From: Botryllus schlosseri
Lineage: Eukaryota
Assembly: GCA_051294905.1 (NCBI GenBank)
Contig: CM119372.1
Span: forward strand, 32,428,001 to 32,492,000
Length of the DNA stretch: 64,000 nucleotides
Direction of reading: 5' to 3'
A model generated the notes under the pieces. It was not told where the DNA came from, did no database searches, and was given only the letters and a program-made list of their open reading frames with translations. The translations under genes were made by a program, and so were the position numbers. This document shows, in pieces, positions 1-14,129 of the stretch (the first letter of the stretch is position 1; each line of letters begins with the position of its first letter).

Positions 1-745
1 GAAACCTTGGAACAAACATGAGCATTTATTCTCACTTTCTATTCAGTCATTTTGATATATTTTCTGATAATACTGTTGATTAGAGGGAATAGAAAGGAGG
101 GGAAAGATTCCCTCAATACATCAAAACAACAAAATAAAGATATCAGTGCAGATGCGACGAACATATTATGGTAGACTATTGTTAGAACCTTCCGAAAAAC
201 TGCACTAAACTGCTTACAGCCGAAAATAGTAGTAAAAGAACCAATTTTGCTTCAGGATAAGTTATTAATATTATATTCCAACTGATTATTTTGAATTTGA
301 AATAGGTGGTTGACCTAAAACTGATTTAATTAATGCAACGTTATTTGAGTATTTAGGTAAATACTTATATACATGATTGTAGTTTATTTGTGTACGTGAT
401 ATCCGTCAAAGTCTCCAATTATGATAAATCTAATACCCGGAAATATAACTTTGTGTATGTATTTTCATTTAAAACAGTCTTCAGCGAGTCAAAATAACAA
501 GTAGATTAAGTTTCTGAACTTTATAGTACGACTGAGCCGATTTTTTATCCAGCCCATACAGTGAAAATATGAGATTTTACTCAAAATCGATCCATGGATT
601 ATCTTCAAAAATAGAGCCAATTTGAAAAAAAAAATAAAGGTCATATTTGGAATCAGTGCCCTTCAGAACCCCCAAAATCACTCTTACTTTGTTTACCTAA
701 AAATATGTATTGACCAGTGTTATCTACTAGTGTAGCTGATGATTA

Positions 746-1509
746 GGGGAGATGTGGTACCGATGGATCACTGGGACCGAAAATACTTTGAAACTTCTCT
801 ATGATAATTCCATGATCACACTCCGTGAACTTGTCTACAATTGCATTCTGGCAAAATCTTTCCTTACATACAAAAAAATTCGACGTGCGCGAGCTATGGG
901 GTCTCTCACAGATGTTTTTTGTTTTGGGGGGTGTAAAGTAAATTTAGATCGACATATGCATTTTTCTTTGTAACCTTCAACACGAAAAAACCAGCAATCA
1001 TTTTTATTGTGAAGTGTAGGGCTTGTATCAGGCTATTTAATGACACCTATTATGTTTTTCAGTACTTTCCTTGAGTGGAATTTTTTTCGATTCATGTATA
1101 AAATTCGTAGGGTGGGGACCGATGATACAATAGCCAAATCAAGCAAAAAATCAAGCATACTAATCATGAAATAAATGAAACTTGCCTACGTACAGAAAAT
1201 CTTTATGTAATAACTGCATATGATGTTTAATCGCTAAAACGAGGTATTTGGAAGTCACACTGTCGATTTACGGGCAATATGTATGTACCCTCAAATTTAT
1301 AAGTCCGAGCCTAAATCGAAACGTGATTTTATGACAACATTTGAGTTAATACTTATTCTATCTTTGGACGGTTGCGATCAAACATTCTTCTTTGGCTTGC
1401 TGTAGCTTAGATTATAATACTGAGCTAGAAAAGTTGTCACACCTGAGTTTTTTGGGTATATGTGTCATAGGTCCCCGGGTCGTGTGCCATTGGACCCACC
1501 GGGTGGGGA
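746..1509 (+). mobile_element. Truncated copy of the GGGGAG-TIR element at 10263-11232
   Basis: Starts TA|GGGGAGATGTGGTACCGATGGATCA and is colinear with 10263-11040; right end absent. Confidence 0.8.
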
Positions 1510-2323
1510 AGAAGAGTGCGCAGAAGCAAGATCATCACTAGCACGCGCATAAAAAAACTTCTCTCTGAGTGTTACGCATTAAATGGATGACATTAACGTT
1601 ATTTTGCCACCCATTATAATTAACGTGGCTCGACGAGCCGTCAGTTGTCTTCAGACAAGTTTCATTGCGGTTCTAAACTCTGGAATGTAAAGCAAGACTG
1701 GTCTTGGAGACCTGCTGGTTTTTCTTTCTTTTTAACAGTAGTCAGTTTCTTGCTAACTCATTTGGGGATAAGTTTTTTGATAACGTTCCATTTCCCCCAT
1801 GCGTTTCATGTTCATCCATCGTTTTTTTTAAGTTCATTAGTATTTATGGATTATAAATATTATTTGACTAAAAATGTGTTTTTAGTCCATTGCACCCCAT
1901 CTTCCGCTAATGTGTAATGTGCAGTGACAGTGCGAAGTCATGCACTAGGGATTCGTAACCTCTGCTCTAAACACACTATGTTGCGAGCTCAGATAGAGCG
2001 ATATCACTTTTCTTCACTATTCTGTGACACTTCCTTTTCCGTCATGTGAGCTCAAGACCGGAGCTCCTTATCACGGAGACCGCCTATGTGCCAGCGTCTT
2101 TAAAGGTCGAAATGGAGAGAGAGTCTCTCTGTGAAATAAGTGTAAGAGACCTGAAGATGGACGCGCGATAGTAACAGAGAACGAAGATAAGGAATGCGCG
2201 TGAAAGAGAAGTCTTCCATGAACGATTACCAACGCAAAGACTATGGATGTTATCAAATGCAGTGTCGTGGCGCACAAGTCCTAAACATGCGATGCGCGCA
2301 TGCTATTGACGTATGATATTCAT

Positions 2324-5300
2324 TAGGGTTGTCCAAAATTTGAAAAATTTCGAAAATGCTGCGTTGTAATGTCTTATTCTATAGATTATTGATTAAAAAC
2401 ATCAACAAGCCTGAAAGAAGCTCTCAGGAACGTCGTTAAGATTTCTTACAAAGCGTTTGAAAGTAGCCGTCTGCATGTGGGCGGGGAATCGATGAAGTGG
2501 GCGGGCAATCACGAACCTAGAATTTTGATTGGTTGGAACCTGTAATAATAAGCTACTGATTGGCTGAAATACTGATTTTGTGATCATTGCTGGTCACGAT
2601 TTCGTTCTACTCTGTTGTGTTGGTTTGCAGCCATTTCTGTTCGTGGCATTGGCGATATGGTAAATTGACGTTGTTAATGCTGCCATCGACAACAGCATAA
2701 CGATCCAGTAATATATTTTCTACCTGAACACTGTGTATAACAGTTTTGTTACTTCTTGCACAGGAGCTTGGCCAATTAAGATAAGAATGAACTAGATGCA
2801 TGCATCGTGCTACCTTCGAGCCTTCTAAAACATACCAGTTGACAACGACTGTAACTCATAAATTGCAAACCAGTAGTCAATTTCTCCTTATGGCTTGTTA
2901 TGGTAAGTCGACGTCTCTCTCTAAAACGAACGCATATTACACTTTTTATTCAAGATTTAACAAAGGCAAAAATGCTATTTACAAAAGGCATCATTAAAAA
3001 GTATATCGCAGGGTCAGTGTTGCAGATCACTGGCCTTTGATAAGAGTAGACTTCCTGCTGTCTCCAAAAATCTTCCTATGCTGTTCCACAGCTTGAAGCA
3101 AACTGTCTCTTTGCTGTTCATTGTCAGTCAAGATTGCAGCATAGTCTGTGCTTAGCTTGACACCTCTTTCTGCGGCATCATTAACGACTTTGACAGAACT
3201 AACGTAGCAATTCATTTTATTGAATGAATCTGAAAAGTGCCAATCATCAACCGGTTGACGCAGCCAATCCCCAGAGCATTCAAAAACTTCAAATATGTAC
3301 CACGACTGGGGCCCAATAAGGTCAGACAACGTACTGTCCTTGTTGATCTGTATAGTTGCATTCAATGAGGGTGGGCCCCTTCTGAAACTGGAAGTTCGCT
3401 CTACTTGCAGGAGCGCCTTTGCCATATTTTCCCGGGTTTCCTTGCTTTCCGTCGGTGAAAACAAGGCGTATACAGCGGTTTCCTCAACAATATACCAGTC
3501 GTGCTTCAAAAGCTTTCGTGAAGCAGCTGTGGAAACTTGCTCATCATATTCCTTATAACTCAACATGTGCTGAACGAATCTCAAGTCATTACCAGCTGCA
3601 TCACGACCAATGCTTGAATCCACCCACGCAGGGATATAAAAGAGAACCAAAAATAAATTGAAGCGGCGCAGCAGTTCAACTTCTTCAGATTTGTAATCTA
3701 ATTGGTCGGCCCACATGAACATCTTTTGAGCATACAGAATTGTACCCATCCATCTCGCATGGTGTGCTGCACCAGGTTTGTGATGACGTATATCTTCATC
3801 TGCACCGAGAAGAGCAAGAGCATTAGTCACACATTGCTTGTAGTCATCCCGTGTGAAAAAATCTTTTCTGTTCAACAGTAGCTTGAACTTATCAACTATC
3901 ATTGCAGCTCGTTCAGCAAAACATAGAGGAATAGTCAGAGTCTTGAATTGCTGTTCCCTGTCAAGACTGCTCCAGTTCCTTTTAAGGTGGGCAAACCATG
4001 CATTCTCTGGTCCAGTTGTGGCCTTTCCAAATAAAGATTTCCAAACGTCTTTCACTACCAGCTCATACACATGGTGCCGACATGCATGGTAGAACACCTT
4101 CCTTCCTAGAAGGTCTTCAAGAATCTTTGCCGCACCCTTCTTCCAGCCGCTGTTGCTTGCTGTAGTGTCAAAAACCAAAGCTGTTACAGCATCTTTTATA
4201 TTCCAACTTTCAATTATGTTGAAAGTGGTTTCTGCTTGCGTCTGACCTGCAGCATTTTGCATCTTTTGAATGCCAAGTAGTTTTCCTTCTGAGTATTGAG
4301 GATGACAAGATAGGACAATTGACAGAGCCTCATACCGATTTCCTAATCTATCCTCTGTGAGCTTTCCATCCCAATGAATAGCAACATGTTGAGGTTAATT
4401 TTTCTGCAAATTTTTCTGAAATATCCTTGGAAATTTCAAGACGATTTGTTTCCCTGGCTCTCTTTGTCGAAGATCTTGACAGAGAGAACATTGCTATGTC
4501 ACCGCCACAAGCCGTAATAAATGCTCCGATCAGCATTGTTGCCTTGTTGTCTGTTATTTGCAATCGATCCAGAGCTTGGGACACATGGGTATTATTCATA
4601 ATATTTTTAGGTGCCATCAGCTTAATGGCTGTCGAGGTGCCAAGACCAACATCAGCATCATAATCAGAACTTGAACTCAAACTATCACCCTCTTTTGAAG
4701 ATGAAGAAGATGCTAAAACAACATAGTCATCACTTGAGTCATGTTGAATGTTTTTAACAGTTCTATCCGCCATGGTTGCTGTTTTCTTTTCGATGTCTTT
4801 AGCGAGAATCTTGTCTCTTCCCAACATTATGCATTTGCGAGATTGCTGTTGATCTTCATAGAATGCAATGTCTTCGAGCTTTCTATCATGTGATAGATAA
4901 ATGTCATTTTGTATTATTGCTATCGCATCTGTACTTCCAATATCCCACAACGTGTCCAAATCTTCCGTGAATTTTTTCCTCTTACCCTTGGGATCACTTT
5001 CCCGTTTCATGGTCGCCTTCAGAAAAATATATTTTTTGTTCAGTTTTTCAAGTAATTTCACCGCATTTCCTTTAAGTATTGTGGCAATTCTCGCCATTTG
5101 CCACACTGTCATAACATCATGAACCACCACATTACATAGCTCACGAGTAGGGGTTGACTGAGGGCAATGGTCTTTCAGATGCAGAAAGTAACTCATTACT
5201 TCTCGCAAGGTTGGTAATCTCGAGCCACAGATGTAATCGCAAGCATATCCGACCAAGTAATGCTCAGATCGAGATCTTGTTCTTCTCTGTGGCAAGTGCA

Positions 5301-6028
5301 CAGTCTTCCGCCGTTTTGCCTCTGCCATGACAGTAATATTTTTGCCTTCTATCATAAATTACAGCTACGCCTAAAACATTTAAGTAACAAGTGTTACATT
5401 ACGACTATTAACTCACCAACCCACAATGCCCTTGTACATAACCACAACCACTACTAACAAAATCGACCTCATCAGAACAGAAAATGCTGCTGCAACTAAA
5501 ACATTGAGCAAGGAACAAGTGTTGCATTACAACTATCGATGCATCAACCCACAATGCGCTTTACAAATTCCCGTCTCTACTAACAGACTCGACCTCCGCA
5601 AAACAGAAACTACTGCTACAACTGATACATTCGAAGAACCACTGTTACATTACTACTATTGACTCATCAAACCACAACACGCTTTTACAGTATTACAGCC
5701 GTCACCAACAGACTCAGCAGCAGCAAAACCTACTTCTTCTGTCAAACACGGTGAAGCACCCAAATCAGAGCTGACAGCCGCCGTCATCATTGAAGCATAA
5801 CCGATTACCCAATCAAGAATCGTGGTTTCGTCATTGCCCGCCTAGTTGCAATTTCGCCGTCGGTGGCCCGCCCACTCTTTGGCAGCTACTTTCAAACGCT
5901 TTGTAAGAAATCTTAACGACGTTCCTGAGAGCTTCTTTCAGGCTTGTTGATGTTTTTAATCAATAATCTATAGAATAAGACATTACAACGCAGCATTTTC
6001 GAAATTTTTCAAATTTTGGACAACCCTA
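2324..6028 (-). mobile_element. hAT-superfamily (hATm-like) DNA transposon, 3,705 bp
   Basis: 144-bp TIRs (2324-2467 and 5885-6028) starting TAGGGTTGTCC; exact 8-bp TSD ATATTCAT (2316-2323, 6029-6036); internal transposase. Confidence 0.93.
3027..5355 (-). pseudogene. hATm-type DDE transposase, split by a single +1 frameshift near 4395
   Basis: ORFs 4348-5355 and 3027-4262 join into 775 aa if one base is removed at ...AAATTAACCTCAA. Restored frame reads PQHVAIHWDGK...FDTTASNSG...CRHH...VVNDAAERGV, i.e. DDE triad plus CxxH motif of hAT transposases. Confidence 0.88.
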
Positions 6029-6458
6029 ATATTCATAATATTATTACGAGATAGTTTGACGGTTCTCAAGCGAGTGGCGACGAACTCATTATTCACGATT
6101 TCATGACTCTTATTCGTAGTTTGCGGAGTGGAAGTTACGATATCCATTATATAGCGCTGCAGCGATCAAATATGCTTAGTTTCTATATATCAAAATATTA
6201 ATCATATGTATTATTTTCCCGCGTATGCGTGTTTCTAAACGTTATTTGCTTTAATAATATCCCCACCATGGTGGGTGAGTCTAGGAGATGGAAATTAAGA
6301 TTTGAACAATGATCTATCAGAGAACGACTGTCTGATATACACCATAGAATTGACAAATCCGAAGTAGGATCTTTGTAGTGGTTCTGGCAAAACAGCCAAA
6401 GTACGTATGTATGAAAACAAGTCATCATGTCATACCTGGAAATCTCCATACCATATAT

Positions 6459-7934
6459 CAGTGGTCGGGAACCTTTTTGTCCGAAGAGCCATATTGACCC
6501 CATATTTTCCATCTTAACTTCAAAAGAGCCATACGTTTTAATCAACTAATACGTTACAATTGAAAGATCGTGACGTCATGGTAGCGCAAATTCGTCGACT
6601 TTCGTCAGTTATGCGAGATCAGGTTCGTCTTGACGATATTCTTAAATGCGAGGACTCATGGGGACATAAGTAGGCGGAACCAAACATGATAGTCAATACG
6701 CAGCAGCATGCATACCCACTGTAATGTGTGATGCGTCAGTGACGTGGTTTCAGGGGAGGCACGTGCGACAGTGCCTTATCTGTCTACTAGATTTTGAACA
6801 TTTTTACTACGAAAAACACGCAACTTGCATATTTATTGTTCGATAATATAGCGTGAAAGGGGAGGTAAGGCATGGATGAGGCACGGCCGGGATTAGCATA
6901 GCGCAATTAATCGTAAATATCATAGAATTTATAATAACTGATAACACTGGTCAACACATATTTTAGGCATACAAAGTAAGAGTTTTGGTGGTTCTGAACG
7001 GCGCTGATTCCGAAAATTACCTTAGTTTTTTTCAAATTGGATCTTGTTTTGGAGATAACCCATGGCCATGGGTATGACATGAGGGTTCTTCATAGTCAAT
7101 TATTATCTACTGAAGTGCAGTAAAAATTACCAAAAACTACGATTTTTTTTAAGCCAAGTGAAATATTCAATGGTAAATACAGTAATTTTGGACTTTTTAG
7201 GGGTACAAGAGCCAATCTCTAATGACTAATGTGATATTCGTAATCAGCAACCTCGAAAACCCCAGAAACGGCTCTTAGATGTTCTGCCCAATTTTTTTAC
7301 GTTCTGTTGGCCAGTGTAATTGATAAATAATTGATAAATTGATAATTGATAAAGTAATAATTGAATGTAATTGCTGCACCAATTCCGATTCGATTTCTCA
7401 ATTTTCAAAGTATTCGGCGGTAAGACAACGTTGTGCCACACGCCTACTTTTGAACAGCAACTACAAAGCTACGTTCTCAATCAAGAACGTGGATCCCTAT
7501 GGCGTTGTTTGTAATTTGAATTTGTAATCGCTGAGAATGTCACTTCCACGGAGTTCATTTCTCGCCGTAGATCAGGAAGACAATGTGTATTTGAAAACTG
7601 CATTGTCATACAGGCGTCGCCTTGTCTGCTCTTCTCATTGAGCAATCAAAGCATCGTGCAATCCGAGACTTCGTGGCGCAGGCGAGACAGCAACTTGATT
7701 TGAGGATTTTGAAACGGGGTCCGAGCCCCTAACCCTGAATACGCCACTGTATTCACCTCTCAAAGACATGTTTATACCGCCACAAGAATAATTATACTGG
7801 TCATGCTGAAGATTTAATAACAAGTTGTTGCAATATTGATAAATTATGCACAAAATTAGAATTTTCGCGAAGAGCCATACTTTATGCCCAAAAGAGCCAT
7901 ATATGGCTCGCGAGCCATACGTTCCCGACCACTG
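6459..7934. mobile_element. Non-autonomous hAT (Buster/Charlie-type)
   Basis: TIR CAGTGGTCGGGAAC / GTTCCCGACCACTG; exact TSD CCATATAT. Confidence 0.9.
6941..7320. mobile_element. Small TIR element nested in 6459-7934; related inverted fragment at about 570-723
   Basis: Ends ATAACACTGGTCAA / TTGGCCAGTGTAAT; first ~130 bp resemble the reverse complement of 590-723. Confidence 0.6.
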
Positions 7935-7992
7935 CCATATATCATACTTGCATATTTCCATATTCCATTACATCTCGTTATATGGTCTATAC

Positions 7993-9240
7993 CAGGGGTC
8001 ACCAACCTTTTTGCAACCAAGAGCTACTTCTTGGTTACCTATTGAAGCAACGGTCTACCATTTACTCCCGCCGTTTATCCGTACAATACTGAATTTCCGC
8101 TTTGACATTCATAGCACAGGGCAGGAATCACATTGCGGTAAGACTTCTGAGAGAGTCAAAAGATCTCATTTCATCTAGCTAGCCACTAAGATTTTTTTAA
8201 AGAAATCATTAATTAATTCGCACCATATTTGTATAAATTATACAACAACAGTCAACTCAAATTTGAAAATAATCATGTCACACTTTAGATTGGACATGAT
8301 GTTATCTGTTTCTTTATCACTCAGTGGGAAGCCTGGCATTATATGCTATCAACTAGTGCGCTGTACTGGGGAATGTAACTTGACGTTGCAACTGTGAGCG
8401 AGTGTTCCAGATGTACAGTAGTGAGGCGTGTTCTGTGTTTGTTTTTGATGAAGTTCATGTCCGAAAAGGCTAATTCACAAAACCAAACACGCTCGCAACC
8501 TTCATAGCTGCTCCGGGTACACCACTGTACTCTTTCATATCAACATAGCATCAAAAGTTTGCTGGTTTTCTGCAGCCTGATGGTCTTTGAGGTGAAGGTC
8601 ATTTCGCAGTGCTACAATTTCGATATCCAACTGTTCAGCATCCGGACATGACAGATTTCATTATACCGGACAGCAGCAACGATTACACAGCACGGTACTA
8701 AACTGCGTTGAGTTTAAGAGAAACAAGCTGTGTCAAAAGATGCATTACGTGACGGGAATACAGATATTGAAACTGTGCTAGTACTTCATGGCTATCTGCT
8801 ACCGAATAGTAATGTTGTGGACTATACTTTGGCATTGTCCTTGACGTCGAGCTACCGTAACGGAACCCCCCGCCATTTCAAGAAGACCGTGGAAGGTATT
8901 CCGTTATGTTGCCAATATTGACAGTGCGCCGTATCCTACGTCTTCGATATCTTGTGATTCTATTACATGTTGGTAAATTACTAATTGCAATTGAGGATAT
9001 TTGATATCGTCATTTTAGGTGTTTATATATAAGTGTTGTTATTGGTACGTTACATGTTAGAGTGATTTAAACAAGAAAAGCTAACTTATTCAATCTATAT
9101 ATTTAAAAGCTCACTGGTAATAATCTGACAAATATTGGTGAATTCTGCTATTCGATCTGTTTAAAGAACAGGCTCACGGGCTACGCATCTAGACCTCGCT
9201 GGCTACCTGAGACCCGCGGGCACCGCGTTGGTAGCCCCTG
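7993..9240 (-). mobile_element. Internally deleted hAT (Buster/SPIN-type) with transposase C-terminal relic
   Basis: TIR CAGGGGTCACCAAC / GTTGGTAGCCCCTG; exact TSD GTCTATAC; minus strand ~8320-8480 reads CELAFSDMNFIKNKHRTRLT...CQASH* (hAT C-terminal domain). Confidence 0.9.
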
Positions 9241-9497
9241 GTCTATACCATACCATAATGCTCTGGCGAAAGGATATTTCTAGTGTAATACGCATGCAGA
9301 AAAGGTGTCAACTGGAGTGATCGGTTTGAGCTCAAGCTGAAATAGTGTAATATAATGAATAAAAATAGGCAAATCACAAACCTATGGATATGCTTACCTT
9401 GCGCATGAATATTTTTGCTCAAATATTTTCAATAACCTGAATATATATTCGCGCTACTACTTCAAGTCTAGCAAATGCTTGCAGTCACTGTTATTAC

Positions 9498-11409
9498 TAG
9501 GGCAAGTTTTTGTTGCACTGAAATTTTGAGATAGTTGCACTTAATTTCAACAAAAGTTGCAGTAAAAAGTTGCATTTATAATTCTTCAGAAATAATAGGG
9601 TATGAGATACTCGAAAGGTTCCGTTGTATAACCCAACACGCCAACAGTCTAAGATTTAAAGGATATCTGCTTGTTTCGTTTCTTTCTTCGCTATTCAATT
9701 GATCATGCATACACTTTATGCTCTTTAGGTTTCAAATCTACATGGCAGCATTTCGCTTTCAAATTCGGTAATTCCCCATTTAATGGACGGCCTGGCGAGA
9801 CCGACGAAAATTACATTTTTCCTGTATGCAACTAGAAAATACCGCAATGCGGAAATATTCTAGTTAGTCCATAACAAAGTCAAACACCATAATCCAAACA
9901 CCCTAGGTCTGCAAATCTGAACGAAGGCGTTGCAGAAATACTCAGTAATGGCTACTTTAACAAAATCAATAGCCTGAAAAGGTGACCCAGTGAAAATGTA
10001 ATTTTCGGCGGTCTCTCCTGGGCGTCCGTGAAATAGGATAAAACTGCAAATTTAAACAACAGTGATTTAATCGAATTATTGAGTTACATATAGTTCATGC
10101 ACTGTCGTACTTGACTCGGGTTGTTGAACTTCTCGCATAGATAACATTGTGATGCCGCTAATCCACCACATACTTCTTTTTAAAGCAAATCAAAAGGAGA
10201 ACTATGCTAGAAATAGTTTTGTAGCATGTTTTTTAAATCACTCCGTTACATTTTGTGCAATAGGGGAGATGTGGTACCGAGACCGAAAATACTTGAAAAA
10301 TTCTCCATGATAATTCCATGATTACACTCCGTGAATTTGTCTACAATTACATGCTGACAGAATCTTCCCTCACATGCAAAAACATTTCGACCTGCGTGAG
10401 TTATGGGGTCTGTGAAAAATGATTTCCGTTTTAGGGGTGTAAAGTAAATTTGGATCGACATTTGCATTTCTCTATATCACCTTTCAGACTAACAAACCCG
10501 CCATAATTTTTGATGTGAAATATTGAGCTGGTATCAGGGTATATAATGGCACATATTTTTCGAATCAATACCATCCTCGAGTGGACTATTTTCAAGTCGA
10601 TTACAATATTTATGGGGTGGGGGACCTATGGTACCATAGCCAAATCAAGCAAAATAGATGGACCAACTAATTAGTTATAATCATTATAATCACTTAACAA
10701 CAAAATCTCGCCTACATATATATAGGCTGTAAATCATAGTTACCTGTGGTGTTTTATCGCTATTACGAGGTATTTGAAAGTCAAATTGTCGATTTGCTGG
10801 TAATATGTATGTGTCATTAATTTTGTAAGTTTAGGCGTAAATCAAAACATGATTTTATGCCAACATTTTACTTGATATATTCTATTTTATTGTTGAAGGT
10901 CGCGACGAAACATTCTTCATTGGCTTGCTGTAGCTTAGCTTATAGTACACAACAAAACAAGTTAACAAATTTGAGATTTTGAGCGTATGTCTCATAGGTC
11001 CCATGATCGTGTGCCTTTGGACCCACCGGGTGGGGACCGATGACACGTTCGAGCAACAAATTTTAAACGTTTATAAATATTTTTTGAAAAGGCGGATATT
11101 CATGTAAATGTCTGCGATAGGTAGAGCTTGTATCGAAGTGTTGAGACAACAAAAGATCTGCTATTCTCGGCTGAAGATTTGAGGGCCAGAGATCATTTTG
11201 CAATTTTTGATCCATCGGTACCACATCTCCCCTACTTGATAAAAGTTGCACTAAAAAGTTTCATGAAAAAATTAAATAAAAGTTGCAAAAAGTTTCAATA
11301 TAAGATTCCTTCAAACAGTGAAAAACATCATGCTACATATATTCTGAGTATTTAGGAAGCTCCTGGAAGCTGTAAAAAAAAGTTGCAAAAGTTGCAAAAA
11401 CTTGCCCTA
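9498..11409. mobile_element. Non-autonomous hAT with TAGGGCAAG TIRs and AAGTTGCA subterminal repeats, carrying a nested insertion
   Basis: TAGGGCAAGTTTT / AAAACTTGCCCTA; exact TSD GTTATTAC. Confidence 0.9.
10263..11232. mobile_element. Non-autonomous DNA transposon with TA TSD, nested in 9498-11409
   Basis: TIR GGGGAGATGTGGTACCGA / TCGGTACCACATCTCCCC flanked by TA; empty site visible in the paralogous host copy near 17080. Confidence 0.88.
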
Positions 11410-12212
11410 GTTATTACTTGGTATTCATTGCATTTCCACGTCCATGTTCATTATGAAATGTAAAACCGCGCCGATACCCCTAAAAATTATATTTTTAAAT
11501 CACGTTTAGAAATTAGTAGTTGGCTGCCGACGTATAGCATGACCAATTGACCATCTGCGTTCAGGGCTTTGGTAAATCACAGCTAACGCGCACGGTAAAG
11601 CAACGAGGGCCCAAATAAGACCAGATAACGGATATTTGAGATTTATTTAGGCACCAATTTCGACGGAGATCCCGATATCCAGTATCGCTGTTGTTGTTGA
11701 TGTTGTTATTATTAAAAATTGATTGTGTTTTAATCTCTAAGGTAATTTTACATCGAGCCGATATTTCTATTAATTATTAATAATGAGCTATCGATTTATA
11801 GCACGGTCAATCGGTTACTTTCTTTCGTGACTGCAGCACAACACCGCTAATGCTGTGGATCCGATAACGATGAGGTAGCGATTGCGATGTTTTATTTGTA
11901 TTCTTATATCTTGAATTATTATATATAATCATATGTGCAAGTGGCAATTCTCTGTGTGCATATGTGCAAAATTCGTTTTCATCATCCGGATTTCGTAACC
12001 AGTTTCTATTGCGGCAACTTGCGGCAAATACTAGCTAGACTGTACAATGGAGAGAGAGCCGATTGCTTAAGTCGACAGCAGCGAGAGCGAATGTGAAAAA
12101 TAATGAAAAGAGGGAATACGCGGGAACGAGAAGTCTTCCGTGATGTCGCACCATCGCAAATACACTGCATAGACGCTATCAAATCTACTGACGTGGCGCA
12201 TATGTCCTAGAT

Positions 12213-14129
12213 CAAGGGTCGGCAACCTACGGCCCGCGGGCCGGATCCGGCCCGCCAAGCGAAATCGTCCGGCCCGCGACGAAATGATTCGTTACCACAA
12301 GAATACGGCCCGCCGTTTCGTAATGAGTTCCAATCTGCAGTGCAGCACTGCTTCGAAAAATGTCAAAATTTATAATGTTTTCTTCCACTTACGGATTATG
12401 ATTCCGGAACATGTAATTCACGCACCTACGGGGCTAGTTCACTTTCGGACCAAACTCAGTACAGCGTTACGGAGAAAAAGGGTTTTTGGTCCGAAAGTGA
12501 ACGAGCCCCGTACTGGTCCGGGTTCGTCATATTCCGATTTTAGAATCAGGCTGCTGCGTGAGTCGCAGAATACCACTTTTTAAATGTTAATCACCTTAAT
12601 AGCTCTCAGAGAAACGCAGAGATACCTCAAATATTACTGGCGGCACTGAACTTGAATATTGCTCTCAGAACCACATTCACCACAGCAGAATCCATCACCT
12701 CAAAGATCCCCCGCGTGCCCCCATCAAAAAGTTAACGGCACAATAACAAGCACAAAGAGTAGGCCTATCTATGCAATCCTAAAATATTAAATAAAATACC
12801 GCTAATTGTCTGTGTTTTGTATGGTTTGATTTTCTCTTGTCACTTTGTTATGACTACCGGAGTACCGGTACAGCTGTTAGCGATCCTTTTTAATATTGCC
12901 TTGTTACGTCATATTTTGCCAATTTGGTTTTCGTATGTCTATATTTCAGTAAGCTCTTCTTGTGTCGCTAACTCCTGACAAGGCGCACGCGAAAAGCCTT
13001 TGAGTCAATATGTTCCACTGTAATGAATGCAGACCAAAAGCAATAGTAAAGATAGGCCTACCCTAATAAGCATTGCTTTGTCACGTATATTTCAAACACA
13101 AGAACAACGAAACATATAGCACTTCAACTACAAGAAGCTGTTCGGCATTCCAAGCAATATGCGTTCTTCTGAAGTTTTCTGTGTCTTGGGCAAACCCGTC
13201 GGTTGCAAGTGTCACTGGCAAAACGGGTACATGCTTTGTTACGTCGAGATGCTTGCACGAGTGTATGAACTGAGAAATGAAATAGCAACGTTCCTTGAAA
13301 ATACAAACATCGCCGACTCATAATCTTGTCATCGAAAATTGGTATCTAATCTTGCTTTCGTAGAACATTTAACGTCACATCTAAACAAATTGAATTTGCA
13401 ACTTCAGGGGGAAACAACTAAATAAGCTCACTTTCCTATACTGGAGGAGAGTAAACCTAGTACCAGCACTATACATTTGTAACTGTGATTTACCAAATTT
13501 AATTAATGAATTTCCATCCGCTTTTCCGACATTCGTTCTGTACAAAATAAATTCTGACTACCCAGTACTCCGGTTAATGTGGGCGCCAATACCATTGCCA
13601 GAAAATTTCAAATGGGCCCATTTGAAATGCCATGCAGTTGAATTGAATGACAAATTTCATACAAAGAGCATATCGCTGATTGACTTTGACAAAGAGTACG
13701 TTCTTGAAATGGGTCTTCATCCCAGCTTGACCAACAATGCAAAAGAAGTAGCATCGACTTTTGGGGTAGCACGGGCGCATGTGAACAATAGTTTTCAACA
13801 ATGAAATTCACGAAGAGCAAGCTAAGATCACGTATCCCAACGCACATTCTGAATATGGCCTGATTCTAGCTTCATCTGACTTGTTGCCAGAAGTTGAAAA
13901 CCTATCACAAAGCAAGCTGCGCCAAGTGTCACATTTATCCTGCGTTGTTGAAGTGTAAATACATGTGTGTTGCTCTTTTTGTGATTTGTATGATTGAGAT
14001 TGCAGCATTGTAGGGTAATATACCGACGTGACTGTTAACTATAGTATTAAGAAAAATTCCGGTCCGGCCCGCCAAAATGTTGTGCACCTGAAATTTGGCC
14101 CGCGACTAGCAAAAGGTTGCCGACCCCTG
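12213..14129 (+). mobile_element. Decayed hAT (Buster/SPIN-type) with transposase relics
   Basis: TIR CAAGGGTCGGCAACC / GGTTGCCGACCCCTG; exact TSD TCCTAGAT; fragments LTSHLNKLNLQLQG (~13370-13410) and ASTFG / CEQ*FSTMKFTKSKLRSR (~13750-13835). Confidence 0.9.
12429..12510. mobile_element. 82-bp hairpin MITE flanked by TA, nested in 12213-14129
   Basis: CGGGGCTAGTTCACTTTCGGACCAAA ... TTTGGTCCGAAAGTGAACGAGCCCCG (26-bp TIR, one mismatch). Confidence 0.8.

Noticed and set aside
4385..4405. Programmed ribosomal frameshift in the transposase
   Set aside because: It would need a +1 shift, no convincing signal is present and hAT transposases are not known to use one; a mutation or base-call error is simpler.
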